From an uncultured Chloroflexia bacterium (GTDB lineage Bacteria > Chloroflexota > UBA6077 > JACCZL01), in NCBI GenBank assembly GCA_963765765.1, contig CAVXYC010000001.1, positions 96,001 to 160,000 of the forward strand: a stretch of DNA of 64,000 nucleotides, in the 5' to 3' direction. The position numbers and the translations under genes were made by a program. This document shows, in pieces, positions 1-10,215 of the stretch. Positions within the stretch are counted from its first letter, which is position 1. Each line of letters starts with the position of its first letter. Below the pieces are notes generated by a model. The model made no database searches and had not been told where the DNA came from. It worked only from the letters and a program-made list of their open reading frames with translations.

Positions 1-425
1 CCGCCGCCCTCGGTGGTGTCGCCCTCGCCGACTTCGCGATTGACGTCGACGGGCTGGGCCGGCGGCACCCGTGGGAAGATCGCGTCGGCCAGCGGACGTT
101 CCGCTTCGGTCAGCACCGGCGGCGCTCGGCCCGCTCGCCGCGGATGACCGGCGCGTCTGCCCGATGGGCGATCACCTTTGCCCCGTTCGCTGCACCAGCT
201 CGACGGCTCCGCCACAGTGGTCCGGGTGGAAATGCGTGAGCACAATCTCCCGCACGTCCTCGGGGCGTCGCCCCACAGCCCCAGATCGCCTCCAGGATGG
301 TCGACGCCGAGCCCGGTGATCCCGGTGTCGATTATGGTCAGGTTGTCGCCCCACTGCCAGACGTAGGCCTGCCCGATCTCGAACGGCAGCAGATGCACAC
401 CAGGTACAACAAGCTGAGTCTCCAT
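1..425 (-). CDS. Metallo-beta-lactamase-fold hydrolase (frameshifted, runs off the window edge)
   Basis: ATG at 425 reads METQLVVPGVHLL...LTIIDTGI. A second frame gives IVLTHFHPDHCGG, the HxHxDH motif. Confidence 0.75.
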   Translation of the reverse strand, partial: METQLVVPGVHLLPFEIGQAYVWQWGDNLTIIDTGITGLGVDHPGGDLGLWGDAPRTCGRLCSRISTRTTVAEPSSWCSERGKGDRPSGRRAGHPRRAGRAPPVLTEAERPLADAIFPRVPPAQPVDVNREVGEGDTTEGG

Positions 426-883
426 AGGTTCGCCTCCAGACCCGCGAGGCGCGTGCGGGAACTCACGCAGGCGCCGGTGCCGCGTGAGACAAGAATACCG
501 CACCGCCCGGCCCACGGCTGGCGTGGTAAGCGGGGTGGGCCCCACCGTGGTTGAGCCGCAGACGGTGCGCGCCAGGATGGGGAAGCGCCGACGTTGAAAG
601 GCGTCGCTCTCAACAAGGGAACGCCGTCATAGAGAATCCCACCACTCCTCGACGGCCTGATGCGGAGTGGACAAGGCCAATCTGAAACATTGCCCGCTCA
701 GAACGGCCACGGCCGCGGCGCCTTCGCCCGCTGGCACCACGCCTGGAAGAGGGAAGCACGTGGAGTGGTTGAGAAACGCGCCGGTCGATCCGTCATTTCG
801 GAGAAGATTGAACGACGGCGAAGCACGGTGCGACGTGGTTGACGAAACACGCCGGTCAAATCATAGTTGCGACAGGGGGAACC

Positions 884-1885
884 ATGGAGCGCCCGCCGCC
901 GTCAGTTCCTGCGGGTGAGCCTGCCGCTGCTTGGCCTCGGCGTCTTCGCTGGTTGCGGACTCGCTCCACCGCGGACTCTGCGCCACCGCGCGATTGCCCA
1001 GGCTTCGGGTATCTCGCCGCCCGGCTCTCCCGTGCCGTCGCCGCTCGACGACGCGTTTCTGCACGGCCTCGGCGAGCATGGCTATGTTCGAGGGCCAGGG
1101 ACATCGCTCTAGAACGGCGCGGTGCCGAAGGCAACGATGAGCGTATCCCGGAGTTGGCGGCCCAATTGGTGGGGCTCAAAGTGGATCTCCTCGTCGTCGT
1201 CGAACCCGGCGACCCGCCGCCAAGGAAGCGACGGAAACGATCCCAATCGTGATGGTCGGCCGGAGTGCCGATCCAGTGGCCGATGGACTCGTCGCAAGTG
1301 TCGCGCCGGCCGGGTGGCAATCTGACCGGATTGGCGGTGGGCCCGCCAGCTGTACAGCGAGATGGCGCTGCTCAAGGAAGCGCTGAGCTCAGGCGCGTGG
1401 CCATGCTCGTGGATCGGAATGTGGCCCCTGGGCCTCTGCTGCCCCAGTCCGACAGGACACTGGCGGCGCGCGAGCCCTGGGCTTGGAGCTTCAACCCCTT
1501 CACCGTACGAGTGGCCGGAGCTCGCAGGGAGCCAGGCCGCAGTTCTGGGGCAAGCCGGGGCGCTCTGATCATGGAGAGCCCGCTGCTGTATCTCCACACG
1601 AGATTGTACGGCATGACCAGCGAGAAGTCACCTGCCCGCGATCGGTTTGTTCAGGGAGTTCGTCGATGCGGGTGGTCTGATGACCTACGGGGCGGAGCTC
1701 TCGCCGAGATGCACCGCCGCGCCGCCGTGTACGCGGACAAAATCCTCAGGGGCGCCAAGCCCGCTGACCTTCCGATTGAGCAGCCCACGAGGTTCGACTT
1801 TGTCATCAACCTCAAAGCCGCGCGGGCCATGGGTCTGACCATTCCCCCGTACGTCCTGGGGCAGGCCACCGAGGTGATCCAGTAG
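884..1885 (+). CDS. ABC-type solute-binding protein (ABC_sub_bind family), multiple frameshifts
   Basis: RRQFL...AGC leader, LAAQLVGLKVDLLV, PGGNLTGL, and the C-terminal AAVYADKILRGAKPADLPIEQPTRFDFVINLKAARAMGLTIP signature, spread over several frames. Confidence 0.8.
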
Positions 1886-2328
1886 ATCGCATACTTGCAG
1901 ACACGATGATGGACGACAACCTGAAACAATGCTGGAGCGAAGGCGGGTAGTCTCCACGATGCGTTCGCAGGATTGGCACTCTGTGTGGCGTCCGCGAAGG
2001 GACGCCGCATCAGTCCGTCCTTCGGGCCCCAGCATGTATGGAAAATGGGCCGCGAGTGCAATTCGACCCCCCTCAGTGGTACTCAAGCTCGCCGAGACGA
2101 TTTCGCCTGGCTGCTATCCGACTTGAAGGTATGCCCGCCATCACGGCGTCGTGAACGATATGCCCGGGGTTCTGGTTTCCTTGGACTCAGTGTCGGTCTC
2201 GTGGAGATCCCTTTGTTTGTACGTCGTCGGCCAACTGCCAACCGAATAGGCGCGAGGCTTTGCTGAAGGCCAGCTCAAAGCCGATGGCGAGGCCCGTCAA
2301 GCCCACGACGACCCAAGCGGCCCGCCCA

Positions 2329-2355
2329 TGTCGATTTCGGACGCCGCGGTTCGTC
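2329..2355 (+). promoter_or_regulatory. ECF42-like sigma promoter (TGTCGA-N17-CGTC) upstream of a DoxX gene
   Basis: TGTCGA at 2329-2334 and CGTC at 2352-2355. The same motif precedes both other DoxX genes. Confidence 0.55.
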
Positions 2356-2473
2356 GAATAAGTGCGGGCAGATTACCCAACGACGATAAAGGAGGGAATA
2401 TTCATCACCTGAGGTTTGTTCCGGGAATATGGACGACTTCGAAAATGGCGAGTCGCCACGGAGGTAACCGGAT

Positions 2474-2872
2474 ATGACCTATGCACTATGGATCCTTCAA
2501 GTGCTGCTGGCACTGCTCTTTCTGTTCACTGGTGGAATGAAACTGCTCCTGCCCATTGAAGAACTGACGTCTGAGTTTCCGCTGCCGGGGTGGTTCGTGC
2601 GGTTCCTCGGCTTAGCGGAGACGCTCGGTGCACTGGGCCTGATCCTGCCTGGGCTCCTGCACATTCGCCCGGGCCTGACACCGCTGGCCGCGGCCGGCCT
2701 GGTGATCATCATGATCGGCGCAGCGGTAATCACGCTGATGACGATGGATGCCACGCTGGCGCTCATCCCACTCACTGTGGGGCTCCTGGCGGCGTTTGTC
2801 GCCTACGGCCGCTGGCGCCTAGCACCGCTCCGCGAGCGGTCTCGCCCAACCGGCGCCCGAGTCGCTAGCTGA
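2474..2872 (+). CDS. DoxX-like membrane protein
   Basis: Four hydrophobic segments, LWILQVLLALLF...GLILPGL...LTPLAAAGL...AYGRW; GGAGG RBS. Confidence 0.85.
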   Translation: MTYALWILQVLLALLFLFTGGMKLLLPIEELTSEFPLPGWFVRFLGLAETLGALGLILPGLLHIRPGLTPLAAAGLVIIMIGAAVITLMTMDATLALIPLTVGLLAAFVAYGRWRLAPLRERSRPTGARVAS

Positions 2873-2907
2873 GGACGACGTGGCGCGGTCCGCCCGTGTC
2901 ACCGGGG

Positions 2908-2934
2908 TGTCGAGGGGGTGCCCGCCCGTTCGAC
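2908..2934 (+). promoter_or_regulatory. ECF42-like promoter (TGTCGA-N17-CGAC) with no clear downstream gene
   Basis: TGTCGA at 2908-2913 and TTCGAC ending at 2934. Confidence 0.4.
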
Positions 2935-3159
2935 TTGAGACTACGACGTGCTCATCCCGGAAAGACGATGGCGCCACGTTCAACGGATTCGCGTCGGTCG
3001 ATCTGGAGCAAGACCGGAACCACTTACCCCGTTCTTCCGGACCGTCGTGGGGTCCAAAGTCGGATTGGCGCCACCGGACTTCAGGACGCGGGTTTGAGCT
3101 CGAGGATTGGAGCGGCAACGGCACGGCGCTGGATCACTGCTCGGGTGGGCGTGGCGCAT

Positions 3160-3411
3160 ACTACTGAGTCGGGTCACGGCGTCGAACGCCAGCGCGAAGT
3201 CTTTGATCGAGCCAACCTCCACCGACTGGATGTCGATGTCCGTGGGCACGGCGGTGGCCCGGAAGGTCGGAAAGCTCGACCGGTTTCGCCGGTTCGTTCG
3301 GTTCCAGATCGCCGCCCCGCGGGCGCGCCCGCGGCGCATCTCCATCAGCAGCTCGAATCGCTTCGCGCCGATCTGGCGCGAGATGCCGGTCATGCCGACT
3401 TCGCCAGTCAT
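3160..3411 (-). pseudogene. Internal fragment of an ABC_sub_bind solute-binding protein
   Basis: AKRFELLMEM...AAIWN...DIQSVEVGSIKDFALAFDAV resembles GKRLELLKEL...GILWN...EIVSLGV...AF of the 36358 protein. Confidence 0.5.
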
Positions 3412-3828
3412 TCACGTTGACCACTTGCAGCGCCTGCCTGCGTGAGTGCCATGGTGCACGTGCTGTAATCCAGGCGAAGAATGGTCCCCAGTCACCGAGG
3501 ACGGTCTCGTCGAGGGCGTTCGTTTTGATGTCCGTGTAGCGCTAAATGAGGAGCTCGACTTCAATGATCGAGCACATTGCCAAGACCGACATAATAGTCA
3601 AAGGAGCCCGAGAGTTTGGAATTCCGCCGTGTTCTGCCGGTAGATGTCAATCCTGTGGCACTGAGTTTCGACCGATTTCAAAATTCGTCGCAAAGGACGC
3701 GATAGAGGACGCGCCGGAGGACAGATAAGAGACGGGCGCTCCCTAGAGTGACGGTGACGAACGGTTGAGCGACCACCAAAGAGAGTGACCGACACAACCG
3801 TCCGATCTTGCTCTCGGAGCAGATCATC

Positions 3829-4761
3829 ATGACGACGGCCACCACAATGGTCACCCACAACTACACGTTTGGGAACGTGCTCGAGAATTCGAAGAAGGTT
3901 GCCTGGCAGGAAGACGAGGTCCTCAGCGGTCGGCGTTTCGATCTCTCGAAGCGCTTTTTGCCCGACCGCCTCAGCGGCGTCGACGCCATCGCCTGCCTCG
4001 ACGACGATGAGAAGCGCATGCTGAACCAGATCATGGGCAACGCGTACTGCCACCTGTTCGCCTTCGTGGAGGAGTTCATCGTTCCTACCGTCACCGAAGA
4101 AGTTCTGCAGAATCCCTACGGCGACGAGGTGCGACAGCGCTCACTCCTGCGCTTTTCGGAGGAGGAGCTGAAGCACCAGGAGATGTTCCGTCGCTCGATC
4201 GACCTGTTCACCGAGCAGTTCGGCGCCACCCCAGGGCTGATCCCCGGACGCGAAGCGGTCGCCGAGGTGGTCCGGAGCAAGTCTGACCTCGCGGTGCTGC
4301 TCCTGATCAACATCATCGAGTGGTTCGTACAGGTCCACTACACGGAGCATGTCCGGGGCAAGACCGACCTCGACGATCTGTTCCGCGACCTGCTGCGGCA
4401 TCACTGGCTGGATGAGGCGCAGCACGCCAAGATCGACACGATGCTCATCGCCGAGATGGTCGAGGACATGCCGCTGGCGCAGCGCGAGGCAGCGATCGAC
4501 GAGGTGCTCGAGCTGGGTGGTGCCATCGATGGCTTGCTGCAGCAACAGATCGCCCTGAATATCGACGCGCTACAAGGAGCGACCGGGCGCGGGTTCACCG
4601 AATCCGAGCGTCAGGAGATCAGCGCCAAGACCCTGCACGCCTGGCGCTGGACGTTCCTGGTCTCGGGTCTGGAGCATCCGAAGGTGGTCCAGCTCGTGGA
4701 AGAGATCACGCGGGAGGGCCCGGCCAAGCTGCGTAGCGCTGCTGAAGCGCTGTCAGCCTGA
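3829..4761 (+). CDS. Ferritin-like diiron oxygenase (AurF-like)
   Basis: Two ExxH motifs (EEELKHQ, DEAQHAK) plus FVEEF and IEWF...HY carboxylate/His positions. Confidence 0.7.
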   Translation: MTTATTMVTHNYTFGNVLENSKKVAWQEDEVLSGRRFDLSKRFLPDRLSGVDAIACLDDDEKRMLNQIMGNAYCHLFAFVEEFIVPTVTEEVLQNPYGDEVRQRSLLRFSEEELKHQEMFRRSIDLFTEQFGATPGLIPGREAVAEVVRSKSDLAVLLLINIIEWFVQVHYTEHVRGKTDLDDLFRDLLRHHWLDEAQHAKIDTMLIAEMVEDMPLAQREAAIDEVLELGGAIDGLLQQQIALNIDALQGATGRGFTESERQEISAKTLHAWRWTFLVSGLEHPKVVQLVEEITREGPAKLRSAAEALSA

Positions 4762-5025
4762 TTGCGACCCAGCGAATCAGAACCGTCGCCGACAAGACTG
4801 AGCCCTTTACCTGGCAGCAGCAATGCAGCTTGGTGGAGGGCTCTTTGGACCCTGCTGAACGCCGGAGCAGGGCCAGGCCATCCAGAATGCGACGCCTTGC
4901 CAGGAGTCCTCGAAACCCCGCCTGTCTCAGTCGCTTTCCCGAGCAGAGCTCATCGGGCATCCCAATAAGATGCCAGGAGTGCTATTGTGCCGCTACCGAT
5001 AACTCCATTCTCGGGGGAGAGGTTA

Positions 5026-5352
5026 ATGAGTCGAGAAGTACAGACCGCTCACATTGACGAGGTTGAGAAGGTCAAGACCGGATTCGGTTTCACACGATTT
5101 CTCGTGAAGAACAAGCCCGGCGAGGGCGCCAACATCATGATCCGTTACTGGGGACCGGAAACCAACGTACCAATTCACAGTCATCCGTACGACGAGATGT
5201 GGTACGTGCTGGAGGGCGAAGTCATCTTCGGCGACACGACTTACACCGCCGGTTCCTGCGTCTACATTCCGAAGAACGTTCCTTATGGCCCAGCCACCGC
5301 GCCCAAGGGAGTGGCTCTGTTGAGATACGCGGAGGGCGTCGGCGAGATCTAA
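5026..5352 (+). CDS. Cupin domain protein
   Basis: PIHSHPYDEMWYVLEG cupin motif 1 and YIPKNVPYGP motif 2; GGAGAGG RBS. Confidence 0.8.
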   Translation: MSREVQTAHIDEVEKVKTGFGFTRFLVKNKPGEGANIMIRYWGPETNVPIHSHPYDEMWYVLEGEVIFGDTTYTAGSCVYIPKNVPYGPATAPKGVALLRYAEGVGEI

Positions 5353-5435
5353 CAAGCAGCTCCATCGCACGTGATCGTCTTGGTCTGACTCGGTCTTGAC
5401 AACGTGGCAGATAGCCACCCAACAATGGACTCAGG

Positions 5436-6524
5436 TTGCACAATGAGAGACTCGCGATGACCCCTCCCGCACTCAAATCTCGCAGATCGGCTGGCCGATC
5501 TGCGAACTGGTTCACGGCTGCTGAGATCAGTCAGGTTGTCAACCAGACCTGGGGCAGCCAGGTTTGCACCGATGCCGCCGTTTCGAGCACCTGGACCGCG
5601 CTCGAAACCGCACTACGAGAGCATGAGCTACTGACCTGGGGCTGCGTCATCGGGTGTCTCTCCGCTATCGGCGTGCTGGCTCCCGGCTTTCGGCCGACCC
5701 GCGAGATGGGCGACGACGCGGCATTAGCGGCGCGGTATAAAGACCGACCCGAGCTTGGAAACTCTCGTGCGGGTGATGCCTCGCGGTACCGTGCGCGCGG
5801 CATCTATCCCATCGTCGGCCGTGCCGCCTATCGCCAATACGGCCGACGCCTCGATTTCCCCTTAGAGCGGCAACCCGAGCTGGCATTGGAGCCCGAGGTT
5901 GCGGTGGCGATCATGTTGACGGTGTTTATTGACCAGGGTCTTCCGAGATTGGCGACTCAGGGTGACTGGGATTCCATTCGGGGACTCACGAGCCCATCCT
6001 CACGCAATTGGACGAGCTTCATGGTGATAGTGCGGCGTCTGGAGGCCATCGCGGCGCACCGTGAGACGGATAGCAAGACGCGACTGAAGCCAGGGCAGAT
6101 CGTCCGCAACCCTACAAGCGCCGTCCACGATGACGCCGACCAGGGAACTGCCCAGCGCATGAAGATCTTTGCGCCGGAAGGTACGCCGATCTATGCACCC
6201 GTCGCGGGCAGCTCTTCCGCGGCCCTGGAGCGCAACGGTGGATTCGTCACGAGCATCGTAGGACAAGATGGCCGGGAGCATCGCCTGTGTCATGGCTCCA
6301 CACCGTTCCTGAGTGGCGACATCGCTCAGGGTCAGCTCATCGGTCGAGTGGGAAGCACTGGCACCGGCCCGGGAGGTTTTGCGTCCGCGGGCGGTGTGCC
6401 GTCGCACGTTGAGTACACGATCACTGAATCGCCGCCACGCGACGGGGAGGCTTACCAACACGCGGAGCCCGACTCCCGGGCGACTGGGAAGCTTCGAGCA
6501 TCGCGGCGAGGGCGACGATCATGA
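5436..6524 (+). CDS. GH19 (endolysin-type)-like plus M23 peptidase-like fusion, catalytic motifs degenerate
   Basis: YKDRPELGNSRAGDASRYRARG...YGRRL..PL...PELALEP (GH19-like) followed by IFAPEGTPIYAPVAG...GQLIGRVGSTG (M23-like). Start codon uncertain. Confidence 0.65.
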   Translation: MHNERLAMTPPALKSRRSAGRSANWFTAAEISQVVNQTWGSQVCTDAAVSSTWTALETALREHELLTWGCVIGCLSAIGVLAPGFRPTREMGDDAALAARYKDRPELGNSRAGDASRYRARGIYPIVGRAAYRQYGRRLDFPLERQPELALEPEVAVAIMLTVFIDQGLPRLATQGDWDSIRGLTSPSSRNWTSFMVIVRRLEAIAAHRETDSKTRLKPGQIVRNPTSAVHDDADQGTAQRMKIFAPEGTPIYAPVAGSSSAALERNGGFVTSIVGQDGREHRLCHGSTPFLSGDIAQGQLIGRVGSTGTGPGGFASAGGVPSHVEYTITESPPRDGEAYQHAEPDSRATGKLRASRRGRRS

Positions 6525-7687
6525 GCGCCAGGGTCGGAATCGTTACCAACCAGGGCATTCTGCCAACGACCGAAGACCTCGCGGCTCTCGGCATGTTGGA
6601 CGGCTGGATCCGCATTCTCGTCCAGGACATCGATATGTTCGACCGAGATCTGCAGGCCCTGCAATGGCCAAGTAGCATCAATATCTGTGCGCTCCTCGAG
6701 GGACAGACTATTGGCATCGGGAACGACTTCGCTGGCTGGGTGCCCACCGTGCAGATGTTTGCGGAGAGGTTCCAAGGTCGGGTTCAGGCGGTGGAATGTG
6801 CCAATGAGCTCGACATCTGGCATTGGCAGCCGCCGGGCTGGGACCCCGTCCGCGAGGAAGGCCCATTCCCACCGGACCCACGGCTTACGCCGTCATTCGC
6901 GGCCGGCCTGATAAGGGATGCTGCGCCGCACCTGCATGCCGCGGGCATGAAGGTGATCGCCACGTCCGTAGCGAGCGGACGCTGGTTCGATTACCTGAGG
7001 GACATGGTCGCGGAGATCGGCGATGCCGCCGATTGGCAGGCATTCCATCCCTACGGTAAGAAGATAAACAACCACCCGCCCAGCGAGACATGGGGCGAGT
7101 TGAAGGAAGCGCTGGACCAGGCCTCGTCGCTGGCAGGCAGACCCCTGGTGCTGACCGAGCTCGGTGTGAAGCTTGGCGATGTTGGAGGTCCCAATGAGCA
7201 GGCAGAGTATGTCCGCAGGTTATTCGACCTCTCTGCCACGCTTCCAACGACGCAGCTTGCATTCTTTACCTATTTCGCCTGGAAGGACGACGTAGGTATC
7301 CCCGGGGAAGGCTCCTTCGGTCTGGTTGAGGCGGATGGAAGCTGGCGCGAGGCGTGTCGGGAGTTTCAGCGCTGTTGCGGCGGGCGACAACCCGTCCCTC
7401 TTCCTCGTCCCGACCCAGGTAATGGCGAGGTTCGGCCGCATCAGCCGGACGCCGTGTTTCAGCTTGGCTTTGCCGAATGGGCCTCACGAGAGCCGCAGCT
7501 TCTCGGTAACCCGATCGAGAACGAAGTGGGCCCATTTCCGGGACTCTCGCTCCAACGAACGGACCGTGGTCTGTTGCTCTGGACGAATGTGGACGGAGAC
7601 GCCTACCTCTTTGAAGATTTCGTGGCCGGTGGCCGATTTGTCTGGCGTGTGGGTTGGGAGGCGAGCCAGAGGGTGATGTCGTCCTAG
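6521..7687 (+). CDS. Clan GH-A TIM-barrel glycoside hydrolase with a C-terminal accessory domain
   Basis: VECANELD (acid/base), FHPYG, LVLTELG (nucleophile), FGLV; ATGA overlap with the upstream gene. C-terminus FQLGF...LGNPIENE...LQRTDRGLLLW. Confidence 0.7.
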   Translation: MSARVGIVTNQGILPTTEDLAALGMLDGWIRILVQDIDMFDRDLQALQWPSSINICALLEGQTIGIGNDFAGWVPTVQMFAERFQGRVQAVECANELDIWHWQPPGWDPVREEGPFPPDPRLTPSFAAGLIRDAAPHLHAAGMKVIATSVASGRWFDYLRDMVAEIGDAADWQAFHPYGKKINNHPPSETWGELKEALDQASSLAGRPLVLTELGVKLGDVGGPNEQAEYVRRLFDLSATLPTTQLAFFTYFAWKDDVGIPGEGSFGLVEADGSWREACREFQRCCGGRQPVPLPRPDPGNGEVRPHQPDAVFQLGFAEWASREPQLLGNPIENEVGPFPGLSLQRTDRGLLLWTNVDGDAYLFEDFVAGGRFVWRVGWEASQRVMSS

Positions 7688-7754
7688 CACCGCGGGAGTA
7701 GGCGTTGGGACCCGGCGATCCAAAAGGCCGGGTTGCCAGCATTGAACAGCCTTT

Positions 7755-7847
7755 GACTGCGGTGGTCCTCGCCGCTTTCACGCGAGGCTGGAAGCCGACC
7801 TCCGTGTCGCTCCGCTCGGTCGGAAAGCGGCGAGGACCACCGCAGTC
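7755..7847. repeat. Perfect 25-bp inverted repeat (REP/REPIN-like doublet)
   Basis: GACTGCGGTGGTCCTCGCCGCTTTC at 7755-7779 and its reverse complement at 7823-7847. Confidence 0.85.
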
Positions 7848-8120
7848 CAAAGGGCTAGAACGATGATCGCCAGGACCTGTCCCCCGAAGGGAATGGGTCG
7901 AATGCCTACTCCGGACTCAGCGGGGTTCTTATCCATGGCCCGCGCTCCTACTGCCGAGACCTGGGGACGCTGTTCCCCAATTTATATGGATCACGCCGCG
8001 CTAGGCACCGTTTCGTTGCGTCCGGTTGCAACGTCAATCCGGCGCGGAGCAAGCGGGTGAGCCTTCGGTACGCAGTCTGCGCTAATGGACCATTGAAAGT
8101 ACCGGGGTAACAAACCACTT

Positions 8121-8534
8121 ATGGCATCCAATAATCCGCGCACGATATCGATACTCGTGGTCGAAGACGACGTCGCCGTCGCCGAGCTCATCCGCACCTT
8201 ACTTAATGACGTACCCGGATGGGGTGCTACGGTCGTCCACGACGCCGCCGCGGCTCGCCAGGTCTTTCAGGTCGTCCAGATCGAGGCGCTGGTGATCGAC
8301 GTCAATCTTCCGGGCATCTCGGGGATAGAGCTCATTCAGCTCCTCAGACAGGATGCAGCGTGGAACGAGCCCCCCATATTGATGATGTCAGCCGACCCGA
8401 GTCAGCCCAAGATCAATGATGCCCTACGGACCGGACTAGTGACCGATTTTATCGCCAAGCCGTTTGATGTGGACCAGCTCGTCGCTAAGCTCAAAGATGC
8501 GCTCGAAGCGAGTTCAACCGAGAGTCTGTCCTGA
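8121..8534 (+). CDS. Single-domain response regulator (CheY-like)
   Basis: ILVVEDD, LVIDVNLPGISG, MMSA, AKPFD. Confidence 0.9.
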   Translation: MASNNPRTISILVVEDDVAVAELIRTLLNDVPGWGATVVHDAAAARQVFQVVQIEALVIDVNLPGISGIELIQLLRQDAAWNEPPILMMSADPSQPKINDALRTGLVTDFIAKPFDVDQLVAKLKDALEASSTESLS

Positions 8535-8872
8535 GACTCGGTCAGCCGAACAGGATAATCCTGGAACAGCAAGAGATTCGAATCAGTGGGCACCGTCTCA
8601 TGAAAGTCACCGTCATCTCTCCCATCCGCCGTTTGCCCGTGTCATGCCGAGGGACGAGGCATCTCCCGCACATCCACCAATCCGCAGCGAAGCAACCGGT
8701 CCATTTCGGTTACGCGTGCTCCGATGTTCGGGAGATGTTTCGTCCCTCAGCATGACAAGGCCATTGGAACCGAGCATCGATGCCGATGTTCGTGGCGTGT
8801 GCGTGCACTCGAGCGCATTACTCATCTCAGAGGGTTAACCAGCTCGAAGAGCCTCGGGGCAGCGCGGCGCAG

Positions 8873-10063
8873 TTAGCCGGTTGGCTCTGAAAGGTGTAGT
8901 TTGGGAAGGGCAATCACGACAGTGGTGCCGAGGCCGGCACCCTCGCTTTCCGCCCTGATTTGCCCACCGTGGGCTTCAACAATCGACCTGGCAATGAACA
9001 GACCGAGGCCCAATCCTTCCGCACCGGAGGCGTGCTCTCTAACTCGGTAGAACTCGTCGAAGATTCGGTCCGCCGCGTCAGGCGGGAGTCCCAGACCGTG
9101 GTCCTGCACGCTGATTTCCACGAGGGATCCTCGGTCTACCATCTTTACCGTGATCTCCGTGCCTGGGGGTGAATACTTCACCGCGTTGGTGAGCAGATTT
9201 TGCAATACACGATCCAATCGTTCGCCGTCCCACTCGCCGACAATTGTCACGTTGGGATCATCAAAACGGATCGCATGCCCCTGGGCAATGACGGCCAGAG
9301 CATCCACGGCCGAGCGGACGAGCGCGACTCCGTCCGTTGGCTGTCGCTTGAGCTCAAGCTGACCACCTTCAATCTCACCGATTTCCAGCAGGTCATCGGT
9401 CATGCGCTGGAGCCGATTGGCCGCATCCAGGATCGGCTGGGCCATTGATGGGTCCGGTTGTTCGCGACGCAAGATGAGCTGCGCCCAACCTTTTACTGAC
9501 GTGATCGGCGTCCGTAGATCATGCAGAATCGTGGCGAGGACCTGCTTCCGAGCATGCTCCACACGCTCCAGTAAGGCCTCAATTGCGAGCGAGATGGCAC
9601 CGTCCAGGGCGTCATTTACTAGAAGTGCTGCAGCGGAGACATCGTCTACGGGGGCGTCCTCGGGTAGATCAGTCCGTAGCGTGCGCCAGATCTCCTGACG
9701 GAGAAGCCGAAACTCCACGACAACATCGGCCGGTTTTAAACCCTGCAGGGCACGGGCGCGAGAATGGCGTTGGGCGGCGGCGCGAATATCGGGCTCTTCT
9801 AACGGCGGTCCGGCGTCAACGGATGGCGGCCCGTGCCGGAAAAGGAACTCGATCAGCGCATCCAGTAACGCGGGAATGTCGTCAGCAACCGCGTGATCAC
9901 GCCGTCCGTCGTGAAATGGTTGCGCGGATGCAGCATCAAGCCATCGATCGAGAATCGCTTCTCGGTGCGAGCGTAGGACCTGGGCGACCCACACGAGGTT
10001 GGCGTCGCGCGCAAGCGAGCCAGCTCGGACGGTGACGTCCACTTCAACCGGCGGAAGCGACAC
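8873..10063 (-). CDS. Cytoplasmic histidine kinase with an RsbRD_N-like N-terminal domain
   Basis: HDLRTP H-box, NLLTNAVKYS, DHGLG, GLGLGL. N-terminus HREAILDRW...AAQRHSRARALQG...VVVEFRLLR; no transmembrane segment. Confidence 0.85.
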   Translation of the reverse strand: MSLPPVEVDVTVRAGSLARDANLVWVAQVLRSHREAILDRWLDAASAQPFHDGRRDHAVADDIPALLDALIEFLFRHGPPSVDAGPPLEEPDIRAAAQRHSRARALQGLKPADVVVEFRLLRQEIWRTLRTDLPEDAPVDDVSAAALLVNDALDGAISLAIEALLERVEHARKQVLATILHDLRTPITSVKGWAQLILRREQPDPSMAQPILDAANRLQRMTDDLLEIGEIEGGQLELKRQPTDGVALVRSAVDALAVIAQGHAIRFDDPNVTIVGEWDGERLDRVLQNLLTNAVKYSPPGTEITVKMVDRGSLVEISVQDHGLGLPPDAADRIFDEFYRVREHASGAEGLGLGLFIARSIVEAHGGQIRAESEGAGLGTTVVIALPKLHLSEPTG

Positions 10064-10215
10064 GACGACCTCGAACGCGAATTTCCGTCATTATGGCGCA
10101 TTCCAGTCCATGGGTCGTCATATTACGCAGTCGAGGCTACAGCCATGTAGAGTAAGGGCCTGATGGAGATTTAGAGTAGTGGCGCTTCGGCTTGCAGGCT
10201 GAGGGAGGTACGCAG

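Noticed and set aside
5436-7687. Prophage lysis cassette
   Set aside because: No holin, structural, terminase or integrase genes nearby, and the catalytic motifs are degenerate.
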